Position numbers and translations under genes: made by a program. Below are positions 40,101 through 49,380 of a stretch of DNA of 64,000 nucleotides, one piece after another. Each line of letters opens with the position of its first letter. Position 1 is the first letter of the stretch. This DNA is from an uncultured archaeon (GTDB lineage Archaea; Asgardarchaeota; Heimdallarchaeia; Heimdallarchaeales; Heimdallarchaeaceae): positions 12,319 through 76,318 of the forward strand of contig CAZJUB010000005.1 in the NCBI GenBank assembly GCA_964549075.1. Reading direction: 5' to 3'. The notes under the pieces are model-generated. The model saw nothing but the letters and a program-made list of their open reading frames with translations, was not told the origin of the DNA and searched no databases.

Positions 40101-43100
40101 AATGAGTTTTAGTAATCGTTTTCTTGTTAAGTTTCTTTTTCCTTTTGGATTTTCAGTGATGTAATGCTGAATAGCTCGGTAGAAAACCCTATCAGCACCT
40201 CTTTTTGTTCGTCCTTTACTAGTACCAGCACCGACATAATGATAAAGGCTCTTCATTCGAGAGCTTTGATTTGGGATATAATCGACATATTCGAAAGCTT
40301 TTGAAGGAAAACGATTAAGAAGAATCGTACTCTTTCTAGTTGAGCTGAAACCTATTTCATCTCTGAAAATACTTAAACTTCTTTCAGGAATGATTGAGAG
40401 GTTATAGATTGGTTTTTTGCCAAAACTATTATCTCTATTTGTATTTAGTGTAATAGAAGATACAATCCCTAAACCTAAGAGTAATTGCTGAAGTTGATAA
40501 ATTAATTTCTTTGAAATTGAGTAATATCTAGGATATCCATCCAAGTGTACATCACCATCACCAGAAAATAATCCTCTTACGAAACTTTTAGCTACTAAAG
40601 GAGAGGATTTGAATATTATCTCCGGTATAAACGCATCAGCAGATGAGGTCTTTTTCCACCCCATCTTATCAAAATATTCACATAGATCCCTTGAATAGAA
40701 AAACAGATCAGAATATGTTTCTTTATCATCAATAATACCTACTTCTAAACCAAAAGCGTTTATCATCAAATCTTGAATTCTCTGTATCAGATCTGAATCT
40801 TTGTTATTTATACTAAAAACTAATCTCCCATGAGTGCTTATACAACCATCAGCCATATATAAACCGAGAATTTCTCCAATTTCTGGAGTGATTTTTTCAG
40901 GAATAGTAATTTGGTTAGAATTAAAGTGTTGTTCCTTTAAAATTGGTAGATATTGATCAGTACCTTCATGACCACCGAGAGATACAACGAGCCAATCAGC
41001 CACTTTTAATTTCTCAACTTTTTTCCATTCAATATATCCATTTTCGCCTACTGTAGCAATTTGATGATTATATGTAGGTCTAATTACAATTCCTAAGTCA
41101 GTTGTGATTTTAATAACATCAGAAATCCCATTATCCATAGATAAATATGCATGATTAAAGTTATCTCCATCATAAACTAAAGATTGAGTAGGATTATCTT
41201 TCAAAGGAGGACAATTAAGTAAATCACCAATGGGAAAGGATCCCATATCTGTTCGGATAAGACTATCAGCTGCAATACATCCACCTTGTTTCACAGTATC
41301 AGTAGCTGCATTAAAAACTTCCATGAAAGAAAGGGGACCTGAATTTGAAACATAAAAACCACCTGCAGAAAGCATATTGACTTCTTCAACTTCTAGATTG
41401 TACACTTTTTCTTTTCCTATCCTGGTAATTTCTTGTATTTGAACAGGATATAGATTATCAAGCATTCTAATATATTCAAATTCATCACCAATTATATTGA
41501 AAGTTTCACTTTCTTCAATTAACCTTCTAAGAGCTCTTCTAGTTGTAACCTTGCTGTTATAAGGAATAATAGTTTTGGAAATCTTTGCTCTTTTCTTCGG
41601 ATCACTAATTTTTTTAAGTACGTTAAATGGATATGAAAACAGCCTATTCTTAGCTCCTTTTCTTAGAACATAATTTGCTAGTTTCACTGAATAAGGAGAA
41701 ATAAACTTGAAAAATCTTTCTTTAAAAATTGCAGTTGGTATAGAGATTCTATAACTAGGTTTTCTACCAACACCTCTGGTATCTATGGTTTTATCAAGAT
41801 AGAAAGTAGATAATACTCCAATTCTAGTTATTAGATTAGAAAAATCTTGAGCCATTTGCTCAGAGATTGTTTTAACACTAATTCTACCTTTCTTACCTAT
41901 ATGTCCATCACCATCAAAATAACCTGCAATAAACGAGCATACAACATTAAGCGGGCTTCTAAATATCTTATCTGGTATACTTATAAATTCACAATTCTCT
42001 TTGAGAAGTTTATTCTCATCTAAAAGTTGTACATATTTCTTACCATGGATTCTAAGTTCAACTTTGTTAATTTTTTCTCTTCTATACTCTCTTATTTCGT
42101 AATCAAATTTACTACTTGTGATTTGTTTAATTTTCTCAATAACTTTTTTTTGTTTTATATTCAAAGAGATATTTATAAAATAATGACGACCATTATTAGT
42201 GATATTTCCATCTGCATATGTTAAACCTAGAAAATATGCTAAATCTTCATCTAAATCCACAGAATATTCATTTGCGTCTTCTAATTGCGTTGCCAAAGTG
42301 ATAACACTAGGACTGTTTTCATTTGGTTCTTTTGCTAATAAGAAAACATAATCAGAGACATTGAGATCAGCTAATGGTCTTAAGACAAGATTATCGTTCT
42401 CAATTGTGAGAAACTTGTGATTCAAAGTCGTTTTTAGCTTGTAACCATTGGACACACAGGTTTCATAAACATCAGCATAACCATTGTCAAATTTGTTTAT
42501 TATATTACAATAATCCTTATGAGTTTGAGCTTTAATTTCTAAATCAGAATTTATTATATCTTCAAGCCGTAGAAGACCTTTATTAGTGTGAATGCGAACA
42601 GAAGCAGGAAAACAAGCTATTCCTCCTGTTGTTTTTACAACATCGTTCTTAGGTCTTAACTTGGAGAAAGCAAAACCTGTATTATGAATTGAAACAAATT
42701 GAGTATTTCCACCTAGATAATTATTATATCGAGGAACTGTAAAATCATAAAATTGTATTTTTTCTTTAATCTTCTTAATGGATTTCACTTTTATCTTCCG
42801 ATTAGAGAGTAACTTTGTTTTTCTGGGATTCTTTTTCGTAAACAAAAGTTGAGTATAACCTGTTGGGAACTCTATACTCCACCAAGATCCTTGGATTTTT
42901 CTATCTCTTTTATCCACTCTGAATCTTACTTTGCAGTTAATTCCAAGAAGAGACAAATGACGAACAATAAAATCTTTCATTTCCTTAGATCCAGTTGCAA
43001 TACCAGATTGATCTCTTCCTATCCAACCATCGGAATCTATTAATCCAGAAATCAAAGCTTTTGGATTTGGACACAAGAAAGTCTCTCTAGGAACCATTTT

Positions 43101-45398
43101 TTTATTTATATTATTCTGATTCAGTTCAACAAACCTTTTTATGAAATCTGCTAATTTTGTGTTGAAGTTTCCACTAAAATCACTATAACTCTCTCTCTGA
43201 TTGTACCTTGAAGTGATAGAGAGTGTTCTACATTCTGTTCTCTTATCAGTGCTAATGCTTCCAGAAATTCCATCAGTATATGAAGATATTATTGTAGAAA
43301 TCCGATTCAAATATTTTGAGTCCTTAGAATGAAATCTTAATCTTACACCATTCTTTGTAGTATCTAGACTTCCATCACCAAGAAAGAATCCATAAAGCCA
43401 CCAGAAATCTGGTTCTTCATTGACAAATAAGTTATCATGAAATGAAGGTGTAACTAGCCAATCACCAATTTCTAATTCATCAGCTCTTTTTGAGACATAT
43501 TCTCCTCCGCTTTGTTGATTAGGATATGGTTCGTAAACAATAAAAGGGTGCCAATCAGTAACTCTAACGAATCCTTCTGTTCCAAAATTTATTTGCAGAA
43601 AAGAATCCCTTTCGAATCGCCATAGATGCGAGACTTTAGCTCTTGTAAATGACTCAGTAGTTTCATCAAAGGAAAACACTGTAAATTGACTACAAGAGTG
43701 ACCTTTCTCATCAATTGGAATATCAGAAAATCCAGGAATATTCTCAATAGGAACAAGACCATATTCAACGGTTGGGATAACAGTTCCTGCGCTACAACAA
43801 CCTCCACCAGCTTGGTGAATTAATGCTGAAAGTTTTACTGCTTCAAATATTGAGGACATATCATCTTCTATTGGAAGCACAAAACAAGCTGAGAGCATCC
43901 CTAGAGCTGTTCCTGCATTCATTAATGTTGGAGAATTATGACTTACAAAACCATCAGCGAGATAGGTATGGTTTTTTGGAACCATCAGATCTCCAACAAC
44001 AACTTTTTCTTTCTTTTTTGTAATTGTTTTTACTTGTTGAAACACTAAATTTGAATCAACGAGTTCAGTTACAGGAGATGTTTTTAAACTAGGGAATTGT
44101 TTGGTGTAAAAGTTAAAAATCTCTTCTGAGATATCTTGTTTATATTTCCCTTTGATCATAAATCGCGCTATTTTTCTATACAAGTTATAATCTTTATTTT
44201 GGTGATACCAATCATATAATTTCTTTTGTTGGTTCGGGATTTTGTGAGTTCTATCATTCTTTGATTTTTTTATAAGCTGAAGTCTAGAATTTTTACGTTT
44301 ACTTAAAAAACCAATCTCATTTTTATAAATTAGTCCATCCCTATTATTTTTAATAGTGAGTCTAAATCCATCTACTCGCTTAGAAACACGTGAGCTTATA
44401 CCTAAACCAAGTAAAAGAATTTGAGTTTGTTTTATTAGTTTTTGTGAAGATGAAGCAAATTCTATTCCTCTATCACTGATTGAACCATCAGCTTCAAAAA
44501 GACCTCTTAAAAAAGATTTTATAACATTCTTATTAGATTTTAAAATTAATTTAGGAATTTCAGCTTTTGAAGATGATACTTTAATTAGATTGTTATTATG
44601 TAAGTAATTTGAAAGAACCACACTATTTAGTGAGACTTCATAAATGTTTGCTCGGGCCGGTTTTTGAATAGAAGGCTTTAGGTTGAAAAGTTTCATTGAT
44701 AAATTACGAATCCTTTCTAGTAAATCTTTGTCTTTTCCATAAATTGCAATTCTTAGATCATATTTTCTTAAATTACCATCTCCGATGTACCATCCAATTA
44801 ATTCTGCAAGATCTTCATTTAAATATTCAGGGAGGATTATAGATTTTGGAGGAGTGCCAACAGACTCTATTTTCTTATCTGTTTTTAAACTTATTAATTC
44901 ACAATGGTCTTTAATAAAATCTCTTCGCAAAGAAATCCAATCATTCTCTTTCAGATCTTTGGTTTGTTTCCAAACATAGTCTCCATTTTCATCAATAATT
45001 CGAAAATAATGAAGTGGAGTACATTGGACAGAATAACCATCTTCTGTTACAATCTCTACAATATTTTGAAAACCATTATTAAAACACAATTCAGCTTTTT
45101 CTATATCATTGTCAGAATATACATTCAAATCAATGTTACCAACTGGAATTTCATCCAAAGTAAGTATTCCTTGTGTTGTTGGAATCATTGTGTCTTCTGT
45201 TACACAATTTGGTAAAAATCTCAATGAAGTCATCATTTCAAGAAATTCCTTTCTTTCTTCTTCTGTGTCTCCAATATAATTCGCTACCCTCCCAAACATT
45301 TCTTCTATTGTTTCAATTGGTTTGTTATGTTCATCTTTTTGCAGATATCTTTTTTCTAGTACTGTTTTTGCATTTTCTGAGAGTTTTAATTCTGTCAC
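37131..45398 (-). CDS. nrdJ: Class II (adenosylcobalamin-dependent) ribonucleotide reductase with five inteins; about 720 aa mature, C-terminal TSCPD/zinc ribbon
   Basis: Exteins join as FLPN|SPTLMNAG, SACFV, GGG|TG, GGIA|SGP, QGG|KRRGANM, NP|CGE, CNLGSINL, TIAPTGT, KGITVYRDG; ends CPDC...CKSCGYSKC. Confidence 0.95.
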   Translation of the reverse strand: MTELKLSENAKTVLEKRYLQKDEHNKPIETIEEMFGRVANYIGDTEEERKEFLEMMTSLRFLPNCVTEDTMIPTTQGILTLDEIPVGNIDLNVYSDNDIEKAELCFNNGFQNIVEIVTEDGYSVQCTPLHYFRIIDENGDYVWKQTKDLKENDWISLRRDFIKDHCELISLKTDKKIESVGTPPKSIILPEYLNEDLAELIGWYIGDGNLRKYDLRIAIYGKDKDLLERIRNLSMKLFNLKPSIQKPARANIYEVSLNSVVLSNYLHNNNLIKVSSSKAEIPKLILKSNKNVIKSFLRGLFEADGSISDRGIEFASSSQKLIKQTQILLLGLGISSRVSKRVDGFRLTIKNNRDGLIYKNEIGFLSKRKNSRLQLIKKSKNDRTHKIPNQQKKLYDWYHQNKDYNLYRKIARFMIKGKYKQDISEEIFNFYTKQFPSLKTSPVTELVDSNLVFQQVKTITKKKEKVVVGDLMVPKNHTYLADGFVSHNSPTLMNAGTALGMLSACFVLPIEDDMSSIFEAVKLSALIHQAGGGCCSAGTVIPTVEYGLVPIENIPGFSDIPIDEKGHSCSQFTVFSFDETTESFTRAKVSHLWRFERDSFLQINFGTEGFVRVTDWHPFIVYEPYPNQQSGGEYVSKRADELEIGDWLVTPSFHDNLFVNEEPDFWWLYGFFLGDGSLDTTKNGVRLRFHSKDSKYLNRISTIISSYTDGISGSISTDKRTECRTLSITSRYNQRESYSDFSGNFNTKLADFIKRFVELNQNNINKKMVPRETFLCPNPKALISGLIDSDGWIGRDQSGIATGSKEMKDFIVRHLSLLGINCKVRFRVDKRDRKIQGSWWSIEFPTGYTQLLFTKKNPRKTKLLSNRKIKVKSIKKIKEKIQFYDFTVPRYNNYLGGNTQFVSIHNTGFAFSKLRPKNDVVKTTGGIACFPASVRIHTNKGLLRLEDIINSDLEIKAQTHKDYCNIINKFDNGYADVYETCVSNGYKLKTTLNHKFLTIENDNLVLRPLADLNVSDYVFLLAKEPNENSPSVITLATQLEDANEYSVDLDEDLAYFLGLTYADGNITNNGRHYFINISLNIKQKKVIEKIKQITSSKFDYEIREYRREKINKVELRIHGKKYVQLLDENKLLKENCEFISIPDKIFRSPLNVVCSFIAGYFDGDGHIGKKGRISVKTISEQMAQDFSNLITRIGVLSTFYLDKTIDTRGVGRKPSYRISIPTAIFKERFFKFISPYSVKLANYVLRKGAKNRLFSYPFNVLKKISDPKKRAKISKTIIPYNSKVTTRRALRRLIEESETFNIIGDEFEYIRMLDNLYPVQIQEITRIGKEKVYNLEVEEVNMLSAGGFYVSNSGPLSFMEVFNAATDTVKQGGCIAADSLIRTDMGSFPIGDLLNCPPLKDNPTQSLVYDGDNFNHAYLSMDNGISDVIKITTDLGIVIRPTYNHQIATVGENGYIEWKKVEKLKVADWLVVSLGGHEGTDQYLPILKEQHFNSNQITIPEKITPEIGEILGLYMADGCISTHGRLVFSINNKDSDLIQRIQDLMINAFGLEVGIIDDKETYSDLFFYSRDLCEYFDKMGWKKTSSADAFIPEIIFKSSPLVAKSFVRGLFSGDGDVHLDGYPRYYSISKKLIYQLQQLLLGLGIVSSITLNTNRDNSFGKKPIYNLSIIPERSLSIFRDEIGFSSTRKSTILLNRFPSKAFEYVDYIPNQSSRMKSLYHYVGAGTSKGRTKRGADRVFYRAIQHYITENPKGKRNLTRKRLLKLIELFPVLKEDQHFQEIINPQYYYSQVLAIEKDKTYTMDIEVSGSNKFVANGILVHNKRRGANMGVLRVDHPDIMEFITYKEDQTKLTNFNISVAVTEQFMKAVNKNEEYDLINPRTNKPVAKLNAKEVFNKIVEMAWKNGEPGIIFIDRINKDNPTPEVGEIESTNPCLTGDTWVTTLDGPKMIFDLIGKQTELLLDGEFTKSDIRGFFFTGEKDVFEIKTQSGYSIKATKDHLFKVAKRISRQEIETEWKTLEELEKDDRIILSNNRGTRWIGGEGLLEEGYVLGLLLGDGTFAEDQAVLSVWGESEGSISMRSFVEDYAYNLPHRSDFSGFRKQLIRDEYRLKLAEITTLANNYGMYQGFKEINPLLEATSYDFHIGFIRGLFDADGSVQGFQNKGISIRLSQSNVRTLETVQRMLHRLGIVSRIYKNRRKTQMKLLPDGKGGMKKYHIKPQHELIISKDNMQIFAEIVGFSDTDKQTLLEEKLSNYKRPFYRERFAHRIKEIVFVNKERVYDIQIPLKNAFSANGFHTHNCGETPLLSFESCNLGSINLSNHISEGKINWKLLEDSVRKGVRFLDNVIDKNDYILPEIEQMTKSNRKIGLGVMGFADLLVKLNIPYNSKEGVQTAGEIMDFIQKTARDESVRLGVEKGNFPNFDKSVFKSNYEAMRNATVTTIAPTGTISLIAGCSSGIEPYYAIAFTRNVLGGKKLFDVNSIFENYLKENGLYSEELIEKISNQNSIQEVEEIPEEQKRVFVTSHDISPEWHIDMQAEFQKYIDNATSKTINFPNSATREDIAKAYQLAFQKGCKGITVYRDGSRKYQVLTTKKKEKTEAQQSVRAVEKVEPRERPEVTLGRTHKIRSGCGNLYVTVNRDETGVCEVFVQVGKSGGCITSQSEAVGRLISLSLRSGVKLEAIVEHLAGIRCPNPNFYQGKTVLSCADGIAHVLENYIDGEEIVRFNGTIACPDCGAMLELSEGCFTCKSCGYSKCD
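38505..39602 (-). mobile_element. Intein 5 (366 aa) with LAGLIDADG endonuclease, active-site NP|CGE insertion
   Basis: Starts CLTGDT, block B ATKDH, motifs YVLGLLLGDG and FIRGLFDADG, ends HTHN; +1 Cys is the thiyl-radical cysteine. Confidence 0.94.
39936..41279 (-). mobile_element. Intein 4 (448 aa) with LAGLIDADG endonuclease, site QGG|K; non-canonical +1 Lys
   Basis: Starts CIAADS, block B PTYNH, motifs EILGLYMADG and FVRGLFSGDG, ends LVHN; next codon AAA (39933-39935, minus strand). Confidence 0.92.
41343..42614 (-). mobile_element. Intein 3 (424 aa) with LAGLIDADG endonuclease, site GGIA|S
   Basis: Starts CFPASV, block B TTLNH, motifs YFLGLTYADG and FIAGYFDGDG, ends YVSN (no penultimate His); +1 Ser. 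Confidence 0.92.
42681..43799 (-). mobile_element. Intein 2 (373 aa) with LAGLIDADG endonuclease, site GGG|T
   Basis: Starts CCSAGT, block B VTDWH, motifs WLYGFFLGDG and LISGLIDSDG, ends SIHN; +1 Thr. Confidence 0.92.
43935..45206 (-). mobile_element. Intein 1 (424 aa) with LAGLIDADG endonuclease, site FLPN|S
   Basis: Starts CVTEDT, block B CTPLH, motifs ELIGWYIGDG and FLRGLFEADG, ends VSHN; +1 Ser. Confidence 0.93.
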
Positions 45399-45727
45399 TT
45401 TAACCCCTTAATTTATTATCTGTAAATTGATTATTAAACCCCTAAGAGTTTCCTCAATCTTACTCTGTCTAATTTTCTTAGAACTAGACTACAATTCTTT
45501 ATTATGTGAAAAACTAAATAATATTTAAGCCTTTACAACACAACCGGCATGGTATAAAAAGTGATTTAAGTCGTTCCTGTTTCCGACAAAATTCTGTTGA
45601 AAAAAGTAGATTGATTTTAAATCTATTAAAAGCAAGTAAAGGTAAAACGGTTGCCTTACAAAAAAAATTGGCAAAAGAAAAATTACCATAAACTTTAATT
45701 TGAAGAAATTCATAGTAATGCCATACA

Positions 45728-46585
45728 ATGAAAATAAGAATGAATCGGAGAGCTATTTCTCCAATAGTTGCGGTAGTGTTAATGTTTGCTCTTATTACTG
45801 CTGCTATAGGAATTTCGCTCGTATATATGTTCCCTAATATTGCTAAATTTAAGGATAAAAGCTATAACAATAGCAATAATCTTTACTTTACTTCTCTCGA
45901 TTCAACAGTACAAGATTTAATTAAAGATTCAGCACCAAGTAGTAGTCAATTTTTATTTGTTCAAGAGGAAGGTACTTTCCAAATTGACACCAGGTGGAAT
46001 TTTATATTTCTTCTAAAAGATATCACGGGAGCTCAAACGAGTCTTTTATTACAAGATAATGTTTCAAGAATAACTCATAAAAGCACATCCATTGCAGATT
46101 ATGAGATAGGAGAACACAGATATATTGTTGGGCCACAAGACCAAAATTATCTGTTCTTGAACGGGAGCGAAAGATTATACAACGATATTGCAATAGTAAA
46201 TACCTCACGAGCGGTCTATGAATCTGGTTATCTAGAACTAGCTCTTTATTATAGATATTCTTTGATTACTGAATACGTTACAGCAGCTTCAGAAGAGATT
46301 TACTACTTAGACATAATTCATGTTACTTTTGTGCTAGAAGAATCCTCTCTAGTTAGTAATTCCCAGAAGTACATCAATTTGGAGTTGACATATTTGGGAA
46401 CAGAAAAACAACATCTTGGAACTTTTTCATACTTGCATGATTTACAAGGAGAAGTAACTCTCTTGAATCAGTATAATTTCCGTCTTTATGAATATCCGAT
46501 TTATTTTCCGGTAAATCCCAATTATATAGCACACGGAATTGAAGCCAATTTAATAAATATAATAGTAGGAGTATCACTTAGTTGA
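45728..46585 (+). CDS. Type IV pilin-like protein with class III signal peptide
   Basis: MNRRA^ISPIVAVVLMFALI is the archaeal prepilin pattern. Confidence 0.8.
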   Translation: MKIRMNRRAISPIVAVVLMFALITAAIGISLVYMFPNIAKFKDKSYNNSNNLYFTSLDSTVQDLIKDSAPSSSQFLFVQEEGTFQIDTRWNFIFLLKDITGAQTSLLLQDNVSRITHKSTSIADYEIGEHRYIVGPQDQNYLFLNGSERLYNDIAIVNTSRAVYESGYLELALYYRYSLITEYVTAASEEIYYLDIIHVTFVLEESSLVSNSQKYINLELTYLGTEKQHLGTFSYLHDLQGEVTLLNQYNFRLYEYPIYFPVNPNYIAHGIEANLINIIVGVSLS

Positions 46586-46595
46586 GGAATGAAAA

Positions 46596-47063
46596 ATGCC
46601 TAGCGAATACATAATGTATCTATCTATTCTTTTAGTAGGCTCGCTTGCAATCGCGGGAATATCAGTAACAATGATGTCTATAGATAATTCGATGGAGAAC
46701 CGATCAATAGAAACGAATCTCGAAAGTATACTGCAAAGCATGGCGGAATTAATTCATGATCTTAAAAACCAAGGAGAAGAAATGATAATTGGAGGAGCAA
46801 CGGAGTTTAATATTAGATTCGAATTAGGAGAACTTCCTCAAACAATACAACAATCAGAATATCAAATAGAAGTCTTATCTTCAGAAGTAACTTATTCACT
46901 CAAAGGTTTTTCAATAGATGATGAAAGTGTAGATGCAATTATTTCGCTCTTTATTGCCCCAGCTGAAATTACAATCTCTGGTACAATTTTAAGTGCAAAC
47001 CTTGCACCAAGTATTACATATATTTACGATGGAATAACTAGTAGCATAATTCTAAATTCCTAA
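46596..47063 (+). CDS. Pilin-like/pilus accessory protein
   Basis: N-terminal hydrophobic helix followed by an amphipathic helix and LPQTI...Y.I; directly follows the pilin gene. Confidence 0.6.
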   Translation: MPSEYIMYLSILLVGSLAIAGISVTMMSIDNSMENRSIETNLESILQSMAELIHDLKNQGEEMIIGGATEFNIRFELGELPQTIQQSEYQIEVLSSEVTYSLKGFSIDDESVDAIISLFIAPAEITISGTILSANLAPSITYIYDGITSSIILNS

Positions 47064-47327
47064 AATTTGTTAAATAGTTCATTTAAGTTTTCTTTTTCTT
47101 GCTAAATGAATTATACATATGTCAATTGTTCCTTTTATTCACTTAGTTATAAGGTTGATATCAAAGGAGATGTTTAAAGTCATTTTGGAGTAATAGTAAT
47201 AATTCTCATAAATAAAAATCGTAAAAAATGGTAAAAAAGCATAAAAATTTTACAATCTTGATTTAAAAAAATATTGCTTATATATCAATAATAGGAAGTA
47301 GTACATTAAGTTGGAATAATAAGTGGG

Positions 47328-48608
47328 TTGTTGTGTAGTAATGAATATAATAAACTTAAGAAATATTTTAAGAAAAAGAAAATATTGTTCCTTATTTGTA
47401 AGAGGGATTTCAAATTAAGGAAAGAAAGATATTTTTCACTGTGTGTAATATTATCAATTATATTATCACCTATTTTATGTAATAACAAATTACTTTTCAG
47501 AAAAAATGACTTAAATTATGCTGTTCCAGCTGGTGATATGGATGATCCTGTACCTAATCCAGCTGTAAATGTTGGAAATCTTCAAGATGGTGCATATACT
47601 TATACAGGTGCAGATATAGTGGTTTATGATTATGGTATTCATATCGATAGTTATGTTACAGTTGTTGTAATTGATGATGGTCTTCTTAAAAATGAATGGA
47701 AAGCATTAGAACAAAATCCTGAAGCTAATGTGAATATTATAGGTTTTGTTACTAATTTCACGTATGGTGGTGAAAATTGTACAGAATATATTACAAATCC
47801 CAATGATAGTTTATTAGAATATCAAGAGGAACATGGCCATGGATATGCAGTTATTTCAGCATTAGCTGCTGTTGCTAGAGATGTAAAAGTAATTTTCATA
47901 GATTTAAAAATTAAAAATGACATTTATGGATTTGAATATGGAGATTATAAGATTTGGGATTGGATTGATAATAATCAAGCTTCAAAAGATATTGATATTA
48001 TTTCATGGTCATGGGTTATGAGAGAAAACTTTACTGAAAACACGTCAATCCATCAAAAATGGGCTAGTTTGCTTGACAAAAATGTAATAATGCTTACAGC
48101 AGCAGGAAATTATTATACATATCTAAATGCACGATGGGGACATGAGTATAAGTATCAATCTTATTATTCTGAATGGTATTCTGTTGGGTCGATTAATCAT
48201 GAAACAAAAGGAAATTATGAATATAAGGACTATAAATCAGCTTTCTCAGCTTGGTATGAAGCCTCTACAGAAGGGAATCATATTGTTAATTGGCTTGAGC
48301 CTGGAAATGGTATACCAATATTAAATGATAGTTACTATGATACTCAAGAACAGTGTTGGAGAGGAGAGTGGATATATGGTGTAGGAACAAGTTTTAGTAC
48401 TCCTTATTTGGCTGCAATAGTCGCTCTGATAATTACAGGATATCATGCAGGTCTTACTTCATCCACCGATCCTTCTCTACAGAAAGTCATAGAAATCTTA
48501 CTTTACGCAAGTTCAAGGGATACATTTGATCAACAGATGAGATATGGATACGTTGATGCATATTCAGCTTATGGAAAAGCCTATTATGAAGGAGTGTTGG
48601 CTCGATGA
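47328..48608 (+). CDS. S8 family subtilisin-like serine protease (start uncertain)
   Basis: Triad motifs VVIDDG, HGHG and GTSFSTP, oxyanion AAGN, C-terminal YGYVDA. Confidence 0.85.
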   Translation: MLCSNEYNKLKKYFKKKKILFLICKRDFKLRKERYFSLCVILSIILSPILCNNKLLFRKNDLNYAVPAGDMDDPVPNPAVNVGNLQDGAYTYTGADIVVYDYGIHIDSYVTVVVIDDGLLKNEWKALEQNPEANVNIIGFVTNFTYGGENCTEYITNPNDSLLEYQEEHGHGYAVISALAAVARDVKVIFIDLKIKNDIYGFEYGDYKIWDWIDNNQASKDIDIISWSWVMRENFTENTSIHQKWASLLDKNVIMLTAAGNYYTYLNARWGHEYKYQSYYSEWYSVGSINHETKGNYEYKDYKSAFSAWYEASTEGNHIVNWLEPGNGIPILNDSYYDTQEQCWRGEWIYGVGTSFSTPYLAAIVALIITGYHAGLTSSTDPSLQKVIEILLYASSRDTFDQQMRYGYVDAYSAYGKAYYEGVLAR

Positions 48609-48687
48609 ATTTATATATTTTAATTACAATATTTAATATAAAAAGTACAGAAGAAAAAACGTTAAGATTACAAGGAGGTGGAAATTC

Positions 48688-49380
48688 TTGATAAAATCAT
48701 CAAATAAATTCTTAACAATAACATTAATATTTCAGATACTTCTCCTTCCCATTTCTTCAGTTAATGGATACCAGCCTGTTATAGCTAGTAGGGTATCTAA
48801 AATTAATGAGATCACACCTAATATTTCAGGTCCATACCAACCTAACAGCACTCTATTCGGAATTGAAGTAGAAGTAGAGATATTAAATAGAGATAATAAA
48901 AGTCAAACAGTAATTGAACTTACAGATCTTAATTCTTATGCGTTTATTAACGCATCATTTGTTAATCAATCATTACAACTTGACCTATTATCCTATGGTG
49001 CTGCCATAATTAGACAGTATTCCTATAAACCTGGAATAACTACTGAATACAACTTGATGAAATTCTACATTAATCAATCAGGTTTAACTTATTTACCAGA
49101 TGGAAATTATACTCTTTGGAGACCTATTTTATTCATAAATTCAAGTGGAAACATTACTGAAGGAGAATCCTTATCAACTATCATTTCAATCAATGATGGT
49201 AATATGAATATTACTTATGGTTCTTTTAATTACCAAGTACCTATTGAAGATGATAATAATTTAGATATCAATGATCAAACAACAGAAACAATAAACTCGC
49301 CTTTTACAGAATCTTTACTTATAATCTCACTTCTTTCTTGTGTTATTGTGATTTGGAGGAAAAAAACAAAGATGAAATGA
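48688..49380 (+). CDS. Secreted, C-terminally anchored protein (paralogue of 1668..2312)
   Basis: GGAGGTG ribosome-binding site before TTG; signal peptide; LPDGNYTLW; TM followed by RKKTKMK. Confidence 0.72.
   Translation: MIKSSNKFLTITLIFQILLLPISSVNGYQPVIASRVSKINEITPNISGPYQPNSTLFGIEVEVEILNRDNKSQTVIELTDLNSYAFINASFVNQSLQLDLLSYGAAIIRQYSYKPGITTEYNLMKFYINQSGLTYLPDGNYTLWRPILFINSSGNITEGESLSTIISINDGNMNITYGSFNYQVPIEDDNNLDINDQTTETINSPFTESLLIISLLSCVIVIWRKKTKMK

Noticed and set aside
45525-45728. 67-aa ORF, or a cobalamin riboswitch/NrdR box, upstream of nrdJ
   Set aside because: Low-complexity ORF in a divergent promoter region; no convincing B12-box or NrdR palindrome seen.
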